From: Cyanophora paradoxa CCMP329
Taxonomy: Eukaryota > Plantae > Glaucophyta
DNA: 64,000 nucleotides
Direction: 5' to 3'
Assembly: GCA_004431415.1 (NCBI GenBank)
Contig: QPMI01000407.1
Coordinates: forward strand, 32,936 to 96,935
Position 1 is the first letter of the stretch; every line of letters begins with the position of its first letter. The translations under genes and the position numbers were made by a program. Below, piece by piece: positions 1 through 11,996 of this stretch. Below the pieces are notes generated by a model. That model did not search any database and had not been told where the DNA came from. It saw nothing but the letters and a program-made list of their open reading frames with translations.

Positions 1-980
1 TTCTGTATCTGTGTATATATATGTGGTCGTAATTCTTGTCTGGCTGATCGTAATCGTAATTCTGACCAGCTAAGCTTAAGCTTTCGTAATTGCACGACTT
101 CGACCGTGCGCGGGCGCGCCCGATCACCCGGCGCAGGCGCATTGGATCACCAGGTGCAGGCGCATTGGATCAGCGGGCGCAGGCGCGTTCGATCGACGTG
201 CGCAGGCGCCGCTGTGACAGCGAGCGTGTTGGGGTTGCTTCGCGACCTGGAGTCCGACGCCGCGCTTTCCCAGGTCGGCTCGGTTCGACACGGCGCTCAC
301 AGGGCGAGCTGATTTGGTCAACCATGGACGGCGGAAGGCGCCACCGGGCTGCATTGGCGCGATCTCGCGGTCTGTGTTGAGAGCGTGCGAAATGCTTGTT
401 CTACGCTCCAATGCATATTCTAAATAATATATCGATGTGCACTCGCGCGGCTGCGTGAGCACGCGGTAAGATATGCATGCAGCTGCAGGTCCGTCGAGAT
501 GTTTCTCAGCTGCAGTGAAGATGCCCAGCTGAGCGCCCCTTCGCTCCCACCTCAGGAGCGCATGTTTCGTTCCCGCCTCAGGAGTACATTCTCGCCACCA
601 TTCGCACCGCGCTTCCTGTCCGTGCAAGTCCATCGTCCTCTTCAAACCCGTGTTCGGGGCTTTGATTTGGATCTGATCGTGAGCCTTGAGAGCGTATCTC
701 AGAGCATACGAGTTTGATTTGAAGTACCCCCCTCAGCAGAACGTACCGCGTACACCTAGAACGCGGAGGGGCCCTGCGCCGGTTACGCCGACTCCCGAAA
801 GGAGGGCCCGGTGTATCCTGCCAGCATGTAGCTTTGCTATTGTTTGACAGGACAATGAGAATGGACTCCAGGAACCAGGTGCACACAAATCTCTTTCCAG
901 GGGGAGAATGCACAAGGCGCTACTCTTAGGCAGGTGCACCCCAGCCAGCGCGCACGTGACCAGAAAGTTTGTATGATTGC

Positions 981-1050
981 TCAGCGTACACTGCTAGCCC
1001 GAACAGCTACAGGGCTAGTCCAGATAGCACTTGTGTATATCTGAAATGCA
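981..1050 (-). repeat. ~70-bp dispersed element with CTAGCCC..GGGCTAG hairpin (copy 1)
   Basis: Reverse complement nearly identical to 14105-14174 and 19290-19359. Confidence 0.8.
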
Positions 1051-4000
1051 CACTGGAAGAGTCTCCTGCTGGGGTGTTTGAGATGATTGTGACGTCTCCA
1101 GGTGTGCAATCGGCGGCTTCGATGGACGTCCAGGACGTGACTTCTTCTTGACATCCGAACACCAGGCATTCACGTCGAAATCCAGCTGCTCTCCACCGCT
1201 CTCCACACGTTTCTGCTCTCCACTTGCATGGCCATGGTCCATTGCCGGCACCTTCCTCTTTCGCACTGATTTCTTCTTTGTTTCCGGCTCCTCACTTTTT
1301 GGAACAATCAATTCTTCGACAAGGTCAGGTGTGTGTGTGAGGCCCTGCAAATGCGTAGGCCTGTGTCAGGCCCCGCCAAGGCTGAGGCGAGGGGGGTGGG
1401 GGATGGTCATACCCGCACTGCTGTGGCCAGCCTTGAGGACCGAATTCGTGCATAGCGGTGTGGCTGTAGAACACAGTGTGATTCAAGGGAAAAAAATATT
1501 CGGCTGGTATTTCAAATTTTGCACCTGAAAATAAGAATCTATGCGGGTCTGGAACTTTTCCGATCCAGATAATGCATTCAAAATCGGCTGAAGGAGCTCG
1601 TCGGTCTTGTCGAAGGACCACATGAACTTCTCGTGGCAGAATCTGGAAGACAACTCGTTTCCAAGCAAATGCTGGATTCAGAAAGGATTAACCTCTTCAG
1701 TGCGTCAAAATCCGGTTGCCCCCACCCGAATTGAGCCATGCTGCTGTCGACCTAAAAGCCCGGATCATCAATCGAAAAAAACACGTAGCTTTTTGAGGGC
1801 ACCTGAGGCTGCATATAGGCAGCTCGCACTTCACTACTTGGGAATTGCCCACGGATGACCCAGTTGCGCTTCATGTTTCTCTGCCAGGAGTGGTGTCCCA
1901 CAAAAGAGTAGTCAAAAAAAGCACAGTAGCACACATGCTTGAACATGAAGGTTCGCTTCTTCTTCTGGGGATCAGTCGTATCATTCATCGTAGATGGGGC
2001 GACCCAATCTCCCCTGTCATCGAGATTCACAGTTTCCAGCCATCTGAGTTCTGTCAGGAAAATGTAGGGTGCACATCACAAAGCCGACACACTCTCTGAA
2101 TTCCCGCAGGCCTTCGTCTCCTCCAGGAGGAGTAAAAGCGTCCACAACCTAATCATGTTGAGGGAAGATTCTAGAATGCAAGGGATAATTGAACCTCCAT
2201 AGCATTCACGATGCCGATTCCCCTGGGACAAATACGCATAAACAAACGGGCGTTCAATATCAAAACTCGTTTCATACCGAATTCCTTCAGCATAGTCTGA
2301 GCCAAGCAGCATAGCAAGAGAAATGAGCTTCTCCCGGTCCATTCCAAGCTCGGAGCTAAAGTCCTGCGACCAGTTTGAGAGACTGTCAGGAATACATGCC
2401 ATTGCTCACGTCAGCCTTGAAATGCTCAACGAGCTTCTTCTGATCAAACATGTTGCGGTACACATTCTGCCCTCCAAACAGAAACACATCACTGCAGCAT
2501 GCAGCATGTCAAAAGATCTTCCAGGCGATAGGATGAAAGCACATCATGATCAAAATTACCTGTCATCTGTAATAATTCCGTCTACTAACCCATGCTGCTC
2601 CAATGCTGCACACTGGGCCTCAGCCTCCATGGGACTCACAATGTAGGGGCAGCCAAAGAGTCTGAGCAGCTCCTACAGGAACGACCGATTGATCAGAATT
2701 AGGGCAAAACGACACAAAGATAGCTACAGCACACTTGGGATTCTGCAAACATCTCATCGGTGACAGAGTCGATGTCCCGTTCAGCCCGGCGTTGCATAGC
2801 TTGAAGTCTCTTCCGTTCAGCTTCCAAAGATGCAACATCGCCAATATCATCACGCTCTGGCTGTTGCTGGCCCTGCTGTGCATCCAAGTGCGCTGACTGC
2901 ACGGGCTCAACAGAACCAACAGCGGAGTGAGCAGCTTCAGAAGGCCAGTCTTTCCTCACATCATGCTCAAGATCTGGAAGGCATCCGCCACCTTGTTTGT
3001 TGTGATTGTCCTGTTAGAAATTCAGTGCAGCTACCGGCCCTCGTAACGTTATTGCAGCAGACCTGATTTTCTATGAGAGAATCATCAGCTATGGAGTCAA
3101 TATCCCATTCAGCTCCATCGTGTGCCGTGTCAGAGAATGCGTCATCCAGTGCGAGCTCAGCTTGTACCTCCTGATGTGTAGGTGAGGGAGGCCTGCGTGC
3201 AACACTGCTGATGGGCCTGGAGTCTGGACCCTGGAGTTGCTGGGCATGTCCAGCACTGCTTTCGTTTTCACTGCAAGAAATACGAGCAGCAATGAGAACA
3301 CAGTCAAACCGCCCCATCATTTCATGTCGTCCGACCTTGCACAGGAATCGTAGAATGTGCCCGTTTCTGGGCATGTCTAACGTCAGCTGCCAAGCAATGC
3401 AACTGCGAATAGTTTCACCTTCCAAACTTGTGCCGACTCTCGAATTCTCGAAAATGACATGCCGGTCTTCAAGTTCAGGTGCACTTGGCGAGCTGGGCCT
3501 GCTCTGGGTTCCGCCTATCGGCCTCTCGTAGGCAGACACAGTCATATCGTGATCATTGTGGATGCCAGTGACGATGGCAGCTTCGGATGACTGATTTGCA
3601 GGACAGATTGGAGAGGCATCCAGCGCCTGGGACTGTATTTCTGTTGGGGGATCCACAGAAGGACACTTGCACGGTTGGGACAATGCCTCGACTTCAAGGT
3701 GATCAATACTGATCGAAAACTCTATCACTCCAGCCGATTCTTCATCACAAGTCTGCCAAGGCTCCAGTTGCTGTTCCCGAGTGTGTGCTTTTGTTATTGG
3801 CGCGATTTCGACGACATCCCATTCACAGTCCATCAGAACATCCTCTCCAGCATCTTGAGCAACACTTCGTGTTTGCAAGGGTTCCTTTCCCTTCCATTTC
3901 TTGATTGGAACTTCAGGTGGCATCAGAGGACCCTGCATGCACATGAGATGGCATTCTATTGCATAAGATTTTCTTTTCTAACCTCTGGTTCTGTGTTCAG

Positions 4001-5461
4001 AAAAAGAGTGTCCGATGCGTTCTCTGTTGCATGCGTCTCATAGTTCTGTTGCACGGGTGACTTTTTGTCTTGGCTGATTACATCAGTCGATCCATGGAGC
4101 AAGGCCTGTTTTGCTGTCTCAGCGGATGACCCTTTCACCAGAAGAAAACTCCGATTCTGGGAAGAAAAATCATGCTCGAGGGGCAAATGAGTGATAGATT
4201 GCGATCGCTGAGCACCTCGTCCGATGCTATACGCTGACCGTGTGCAGAGTTCAAGGCAAGTGAGCAACCAAGGGCATGGCGGGCCTCCTCCAGCGTCTTT
4301 GTAAGTCGTGTACCCTGCAAACAAGACTCAAGATCGGAACTGAATCATTAAGATCTGAAAAGGTACCTGGAGAAACTTCTCAATCTGACCAGCTGAAAAA
4401 TCATTGAGCTGGGCCTCTTTTTCAATAAGGCGGCCTCGGCCTTCAAGTCGGAAGCGCTCTCTCATCTAAGAAATTACACGATACATTCAACACGAAATGC
4501 AGTGCGTTGTTGAACTGGAAACCATTGCGTATCGGCGGACCTCCAATGCAAGCTCATATCTTATTTCTGGGGGGAGGCTGGACAGAACAATTGGGTCAAG
4601 GTCACCTGCAGGCTGGCGGATATGGTAAGTCGGTTGCAAGTTCTGAAGACCTTCAACAAATCGCACCAGAATAATGGGACCTTCTAAAATTTCTGTGGTT
4701 GGCTTCACTTTCGAATTCCATCTGTTCTCTCCCTTGCTAGTGTCTACCTCTCCGGCAGCATCACAAGCTTCCAAGTCAATCACTGCGTCACTTGCTTTTT
4801 CAACGACGAAATCGCGATCTTCTGTTCCAGGAGCAGTCTCTTGGGAACTTGAGGTGTGGGGTGATTGGGGTGAATCCGCCACAACGCTGCTGAGAAGGGT
4901 TAGAAGTCTGAAATGAGGCCTGTGTGCAGCACGACGCACCTCTGAGGGCGATCCCGGCGCTGAAGAGCCGAGACATTCTTGACAAGATTCTGAAGCGCCT
5001 TGCTCTTCAACTGGCTCAGCAGTAACTTTTCGGCTGTTCGCTGAAGATTCGCGGCTTGCTTGTCACGACGCATTCTTCTAGAGGCCTGCGAGGGGTGCCG
5101 GTTCACGTGTGCTGTGCCTGAATGCCGGCAGAAAATGCACCAGTGTACGGCGCTTAATCGCTGGCGCGCCCCCGTCGAATACGAAGACTGGCTTTACCCT
5201 GAAAAATAAGAGTTTGCACATGCGTCTGAACAGGCCGAGAAGGTGCGCATTTCGAATCATCGTTCCCTGCTGATCCCTCATGGCTTTCACGAACTGGGTG
5301 AGCCAGATGCTCGCGTCTGCATGCGCCGCGACCGGTGAACTCGGGCACACGACGCGTACAGGATCGTTCGCACCGACAGCAAGCCTCCTCTGCGCAAGCG
5401 TCTCGATCGGGATACGCCGCGCAGCTGGCGAGAGGAGCTCCCAGAGCCCATGGACGCCCAT
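1015..5461 (-). CDS. XPG: XPG/RAD2/ERCC5-family structure-specific endonuclease, multi-exon
   Basis: XPG-N motifs [42 protein letters not shown]-like [15 protein letters not shown] motifs [36 protein letters not shown] spread over exons separated by short GT-AG introns. Basic C-terminus (KKKSVRKRK). 3' end approximate. Confidence 0.92.
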
Positions 5462-5693
5462 CCGTGTGCCGTGCGCACGAAGGGGCGGTCGATATCAGCG
5501 CTGGTAGTTGTGAGTGTTGCGGATTGTTTCGCAGCCTTCGCAGGGCTTTTGTACGGCGGAGACGGGACTACCCCTACAATTTCTCGACTTTAGCAGGCGG
5601 GAAATATTTAGTAGATCGCCCAAAAACTTTTAGTACTATAAATATGCAGCCCACTAAATATTTCTAGTTCTACAGTATGCTCAGTGCACCCAG

Positions 5694-6144
5694 TGTCGGA
5701 GACGAGCTACGTGCGCCCCCAACCACGGCCAAGACCAATCCTTAGTGGACAGCCCTTGGGATGCCACAAATTTAAAAGGAGGCCCTACAACTCCACCGAG
5801 GAGTAAGGCCCCTGCTAGGAGGAGGACCCTGCGAGATGCAGAACCAGGTCCGGCTTCACGCCCTAGGAATCCAGCAGGCGGTCGGCAGTGGACGGCGTAA
5901 CAACCACGGGGGACTTTCTACATTCAACACCTCCAACAAGCTATCTAGCTTTAGCTACTACACTACACCTCTCTCGTAGTATAGTTACTTAGACTAGATC
6001 AGGCTCTGTGGACTGTGCTTTGAATCAGATCTAGATCTAGATTACCGCTTACCGGAAAAAAAGCCGGCTCGCTAACCTCAGTAAATCTACTTTACTACCC
6101 ATTAACTCACTCGGCTTATTTCTCGAATGCTAAGGTCTGCGACT
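5694..6144. mobile_element. possible solo LTR (~450 bp)
   Basis: Begins TGTCGGAGAC and ends GTCTGCGACT (8/10 inverted match). Internal AATTTAAAAGG. Non-coding. No TSD and the end is CT rather than CA, so weak. Confidence 0.3.
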
Positions 6145-6172
6145 GCTAGGGACCTAGGTGCGCATACTACCC

Positions 6173-9100
6173 AGAAAGTTAATTGCATAACTCGGTTGGG
6201 GAGTGTGTGTTGTGGCATGGCGGGGCGAGGGGGGGAGCGCGCTACGCGCCAGCTGGCATAATTAAAGAGGCCCTTACATAGAGCAGTTCGCAAGTGGTGG
6301 CGTCTAGCCCCGTTACCATCGATTTTCGACCACTGCGGGCGCGGGATTCGCGGCGCGGGATCGGCAAGACAGCTACACGAGTGCTAGGGAATCGGCGCGC
6401 ATAGGTCCTTTTTGCTAGCGGATCCGCGCTGCGCGCCCGCGCGCCAAGGTCCCGCGCGCCCGCTTGCGGAGGGGGGGGACAGCGATTCCGTCATGCAGTC
6501 CGCGCTGCTAGCGCTCTGGTCGCGTTATGCATGCGCGGTACAGCGCAACGATTGCGCTGTGTACCGCTTCGGGTCCTCCGCGCTGCCGCCGCCGCGCCAG
6601 CGCCGGTTTTGGGGCTGCCCAAAACCGGGGGGGACAGCGTTACGAGGCACCAGCTCCAGCCACACATCGCCCGGTGTGCGAAACGCTCGAGCGCGTCGCA
6701 GTCCCCAGGCGCCGCCGCTATATCTGGCGCCTCCATCTGGCCCCGCTCGCCGCCGCAGTACACGGCGACTACACGCCGCACATCGCGGCACATGTACAGC
6801 TACTGTTATAGGTCCGTGGCTCACTTTGCATCGTGCTCGGTTCGCTCACCGCGGGCGATCCGGCGCGGCGCATCTGGCGGTTCGTCGCCCTCGCGCCGCC
6901 GCCGCATGTCAACGCGATCCCGTGCGCGCTCCATCACGAGCCGAAAAGCCGGCGCTGAGGTCTGCACACGCCCGCGCCGCCGGGCCGCCCCCTGCGCCGA
7001 GCGCCGACCGCGGCCTGCCCGCGCTCATTTGCGCAGGGCGATCTCCGTTACCGCGCGTGCTCTGGGGGCACCTCGCCGTCGACGCATGGGACTCAATGGC
7101 TGCTGGCGTCTTGCGCAGTCAGATCCAGGATCGCCGATGAGCTGCAGCATGCCGCCCCCATGCCCTGCGCGCGCGCGCTTCGCCACAACCACGTATCCGC
7201 GGTGCGCGGGCCAGCCGCCTTTGCGCGCTCTTTGATATTCAATAGGAGGGTCTTTTTGAGCGTGGCGTCAGCCACGCTGGACGCTGCTCGCGCAGGGATC
7301 CCGCCCCCCGCCGCCCTGCCAACCACGTACCCCGGTACGAGGCCCGGCCCCCGCCCCCGCCCCTGGCTCTGCCCGCCGGGGCTCTAGTGCCGCGCCCGGA
7401 GGGCCGCCGAATCGCTTGGGAGGCGACGCTGAACGCTGCTCCCGCAGAGCCCCCGCCCCCCGCCTCCCCGCCCCCCCGCCAACCACGTACCCCGGTACGA
7501 GGCCCGGCCCCCGCCCCCGGCCCTGGCTCTGCCGGGCGGGGCCCTAGTACCGCGCCCAGACGGCCGCCAAATCGCTTGGGAGACGGCGCTGAACGCTGCT
7601 TCCGCAGAGCCCCCGCCCCCGCCCCCCCCCCCCCCCCAACCACGTACCCCGGTGCGGGGCCCGGCCCCCGCCCCCGGCCCTGGCTCTGCCGGGCGGGGCC
7701 CTAGTATCGCGCCCAGACGGCCGCCGAATCGCTTGGGAGGCGACGCTGAACGCTGCTCCCGTAGGGCCCCCGCCCCACACCCTGGCTCTCCGTCGCCCCG
7801 CCAACCACGTACCCCGGTATGAGGCCCGGCCCCCGCCCCCGGCCCTGGTTCTGCCGGGCGGGGCTCTAGTGCCGCGCCCGGTGGGCCGCCAAATCGCTTG
7901 GGAGGCGGCGCTGAACGCTGCTCCCGCAGAGCCCCCGCCCCCCGCCTCCCCGCCCCCCCGCCAACCACGTACCCCGGTGCGAGGCCCGGCCCGCGCCCCC
8001 TGCCCTGGATCTGCCTGGCGGGCCCTAGTACCGCGCCCGGAGGGCTGCCGAATGGCTTGGGAGGCGGCGCTGAACGCGGTTTCCGCAGGGACCCCGCCCC
8101 CCGCCCAGGTTTGGGCGCCCCCAAAACCGGGGGCTGACGCTGTGACGGGCGCGCGGAGCGCATGCAGCGGCCTTTCATAGCCATCGTGGCACTGCGTGGC
8201 AGCGGCCTGCAGCGGCCTTTCATAGCCATTAGTCGAGAACTTCGGAAGCGTGGCACTGCGACATGTTTATTGAGGTTTTAATTTGTACCAAGCTCTCGAT
8301 TAATATTCACAGCCCCCGGTGGGCACTCGTGCAGTACTAGTTTGTTGACATACTATGATACTTGCAAGGATGGCTATGTATTGCAAGGATGAGTGCAAGC
8401 TTACTTGTCGGATGTCGACATACTTGCAAGCTTAAGGGGCCCGCGGCCGGGCCTGGCCATGGGGTTCGGCGCGGGCTTTAGATCTTGATCATGATCTGAT
8501 GATCGATATCTACTAGGTACTAGGGCCCCGCCCGGCAGATCCAGGGCCGGGGGCGCGGGCCGGGCCTCATACCGGGGTACGTGGTTGGCGGGGCGGCGGG
8601 GGGCGGGATCCCTGCGCGAGCAGCGTCCAGCGTGGCTGACGCCACGCTCAAAAAGACCCTCCGATTGAATATCAAAGAGCGGGCAAAGGCGGCTGGCCCG
8701 CGCACCGCGGATACGTGGTTGTGGCGAAGCGCGCGCGCGCAGGGCATGGGGGCGGCATGCTGCAGCTCGTCGGCGATCCTGGCTCTGACTGCGCAAGACG
8801 CCAGCAGCCATTGAGTCCCATGCGTCGACGGCGAGGTGCCCCAGAGCACGCGCGGTAACGGAGATCGCCCTGCGCAAATGAGCGCGGGCAGGCCGCGGTC
8901 GGCGCTCGGCGCAGGGGGCGGCGCGGGCGTGTGCAGACCTCAGCGCCGGCTTTTCGGCTCGTGATGGAGCGCGCACGGGATCGCGTTGACATGCGGCGGC
9001 GGCGCGAGGGCGACGAACCGCCAGATGCGCCGCGCCGGATCGCCCGCGGTGAGCGAACCGAGCACGATGCAAAGTGAGCCACGGACCTATAACAGTAGCT

Positions 9101-9725
9101 GTACATGTGCCGCGATGTGCGGCGTGTAGTCGCCGTGTACTGCGGCGGCGAGCGGGGCCAGATGGAGGCGCCAGATATAGCGGCGGCGCCTGGGGAGTGC
9201 GACGCGCTCGAGCGTTTCGCACACCGGGCGATGTGTGGCTGGAGCTGGTGCCTCGTAACGCTGTCCCCCCCGGTTTTGGGCAGCCCCAAAACCGGCGCTG
9301 GCGCGGCGGCGGCAGCGCGGAGGACCCGAAGCGGTACACAGCGCAATCGTTGCGCTGTACCGCGCATGCATAACGCGACCAGAGCGCTAGCAGCGCGGAC
9401 TGCATGACGGAATCGCTGTCCCCCCCCTCCGCAAGCGGGCGCGCGGGACCTTGGCGCGCGGGCGCGCAGCGCGGATCCGCTAGCAAAAAGGACCTATGCG
9501 CGCCGATTCCCTAGCACTCGTGTAGCTGTCTTGCCGATCCCGCGCCGCGAATCCCGCGCCCGCAGTGGTCGAAAATCGATGGTAACGGGGCTAGACGCCA
9601 CCACTTGCGAACTGCTCTATGTAAGGGCCTCTTTAATTATGCCAGCTGGCGCGTAGCGCGCTCCCCCCCTCGCCCCGCCATAGCACAACACACACTCCCC
9701 AACCGAGTTATGCAATTATCTTTCT
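6173..9725. mobile_element. non-autonomous foldback-type element with ~1.2-kb inverted arms
   Basis: 6173-~7390 is the near-perfect reverse complement of ~8517-9725. The same spurious ORFs appear on opposite strands (6412.. + and ..9486 -). No transposase seen. Confidence 0.85.
7290..8100 (+). repeat. GC-rich tandem array, ~160-bp unit x5
   Basis: CCAACCACGTACCCCGGT recurs near 7319, 7479, 7636, 7801 and 7961. Confidence 0.9.
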
Positions 9726-9899
9726 AGCAGAATGCGCTCTTGTGTCCCTGATATGCGACTAGACCGACAGCTACGAGGGTGCGAACGAAATATAATGAAG
9801 AGAAGCGGCATCCAATAGCTAGACTCCCATATAGTCGTAATTTTGATCCACCTAGGGCTTGTAACTAAGCTTGTCGTTTAGACGATCGTCGTAATTCTT

Positions 9900-11165
9900 C
9901 AGTGCCAGCTATAGTGTTCGTAATCGGGGGCGCGGCGAGAGGGGGGCGCGGGGGCGGCGCACCGCGGAGGGACGTCAGCTGCCCGATGGCGCGGGGGCTG
10001 GCGCCGTTGCCGAAGGACCCGACCTCGAGGCGCACGAGCCCGGCCGCGAGCCGGGCGGCGGCGGACTCTGCGACGGCCGCGTCCATGATCCAGGCGTCGA
10101 GCCGCAGCTCTGCGAAGGGGCGTCGGCTCGGCGCGCGCGCGCGCGCCCGGTGGCGGGCGGGGAGGGGGGGCGGACCGCCGAGGGCGGGGAAGAGCGTGAC
10201 GAAGTCGCCGAGCTCGGCCGAGACGGGCCTGACGTTGCGGAGCTCCAGCTTGACGATGCGCTCCCGCGAGGCGAGGCCTAGGGGCGCCGCGTGGGGCTCG
10301 GCGCAGGGGTAGCCCGTCCTGTCGAACGCCGTCGCGTCCAGGCAGACGCGGGCGAGGCCGGCGATGAGCCCCAGGGGCGCGAGGGAGAACGCGCGCAGGC
10401 CCGTCCCGCCGACGTCCACGCGCAAGGCGTCGTACCCCCAGTCGTAGTCGAGCTCCGCCTCGTTGCGGCCCTGGCCCGCCGGCGTCGGGCGTGGTCGGGG
10501 CCGGCTGGCGGGGCGGGGCGGGGGCGGGGCGGGGCGGGGCGGGGCGGCGCACGACGGGGTGGAACTTGACGAGGAGCTCGGTGATCCCACCGAAGAACGC
10601 CCCGAGCGCCGCGCACGCGCGCTCCAGCGCGGCCGTGGCCGACCCGCGGTCGTGGAGCCGGTCCTGCATCACGTAGACCCGCACGAGAGCCCGCGGGATC
10701 ACGGCGCCTCGCAGGAGACGGTTCACCGCCTTGCATACGAGACGGGAGCGGAGCAGCACGCCGGCGTCGACCCACCCCGACTGCGGGTCTGCGAAGGCGC
10801 GGGTGGGCGGGCGGGGAGGGCGGGCGGCCGAGGGGTGCGGGCGGGTGGGCGCGGGGGAGGCACCCGCCGCGAAGGTCAGGGCCAGGATGATCTTGGCCTG
10901 CAGCTCGTCCGGCAGGTCCGCGAAGCCCGCCACGGTGGCGGCGGCCTGGCGGGAGGGCCCCCGAGTGTGGCGGGGGCGGCGCGCCCGCCTGCGCGGGAGG
11001 GGCGCACCTCGGAGCCCGTTGTCTGGCGCCTGGAGGCGCGACGTGGGCTCGGCTGCGGCGGGGCACGCCCCTGGCCCCGGAGCCTGGCGGACCGCCGGAC
11101 GGCGGCGGGGACGGCGGCGCCCTGCGGGGCGGCCCGTCCCCTTCCCAGTCAGCGCCCGAGCCCAT
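9900..11165 (-). CDS. F-box-like protein with LRR-like C-terminal part, GC-rich introns, probably 3'-truncated
   Basis: FADLPDELQAKIILAL..RLVCKAVNRLL F-box-like motif. Leucine-patterned segments (IVKLELRNV, LVRLEVGS, IGQLTSLR). CCCCG-rich introns. Confidence 0.5.
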
Positions 11166-11374
11166 ACCTCATCACCGTGCGGGGGTGCGGGGCGCCGCGG
11201 GAAGGGGCACCGGTGGCGGCGCGGCGAGGGCGGCGTCGCGCGCCGCCGCGGCGGCGGCGGCGGCGGCGACGACGGCGACGGGGGTTGCGGAGCGACTGGA
11301 AGGCGGCGACAGCGAAGCGCGCGCGGAGGAGGGGCCCGCGGCCGCGCGCTGGCGGACGTTGCCTGGTGCGCCCA

Positions 11375-11700
11375 TGGCGACTGCTTCCTTATTCTTGTGC
11401 ATTGCATCGTCTTCTCTCGGTCACAGAACCTATCCGAGAGCTGAGAGCGAAGTGGACGTGCATCAGAGTACTTCGTACCATTTTGGATTGGTGCTATTAC
11501 CATCCCGCATGCACACGTCGAAAAGGAATGAGCAGCCTGCGCCACGGCCCCACTCTAGCCTCGTTGTGTATCGGTAGTCCGGCATGTACCAGCCCCTGAA
11601 TGGAAGAGTCAGGCATCAGTCAATAGTAGCGCTTGTGCACGTACGAGTCCTGCAGCAGGCCAAACTGGATGCCTCCCGTGATCACCGGGCCCAGCTTCGG
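11375..11700 (-). pseudogene. leishmanolysin (peptidase M8) internal fragment
   Basis: Splicing two GT-AG introns gives LLQDSGWYMPDYRYTTRLEWGRGAGCSFL..C..FC, matching the M8 consensus LLxDSGWY..Y....L.WG.G.GC.F. No HExxH exon found. Confidence 0.55.
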
Positions 11701-11996
11701 GTCAGTGTACCCCAGGCGCTTGGCGTACTCCTCCAGCGTCACCGGACTCCTGCCGGGGCCCATGGCAACGCGCCCCTCCTCGTCGAGCATCTGCAGCCAC
11801 GCCCGCGGGTAAGATCGGAAGGCAGCGAGATGGAGAGAGAGAGGGGGGGCTTGCGCCGGATCGGAAGCTATGCCAAGCGCGCCAGTTAACGCGGCACTCC
11901 TCCAGGGGGAAAGCAGCGAGCGGGAGCTCCGGTCCGGCGCCGGCTGAGCTTGGTGACGTCGCCGGCGAAGCTGCGCGCCAAAGGCGGCATGCGTGG

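Noticed and set aside
90-960. Short ORFs at the window start
   Set aside because: No recognisable motif; exons cannot be supported.
6412-9486. Long ORFs (242-361 aa) in the foldback arms and array
   Set aside because: Stop-poor GC-rich repeat DNA, mirrored on both strands, with no protein motifs.
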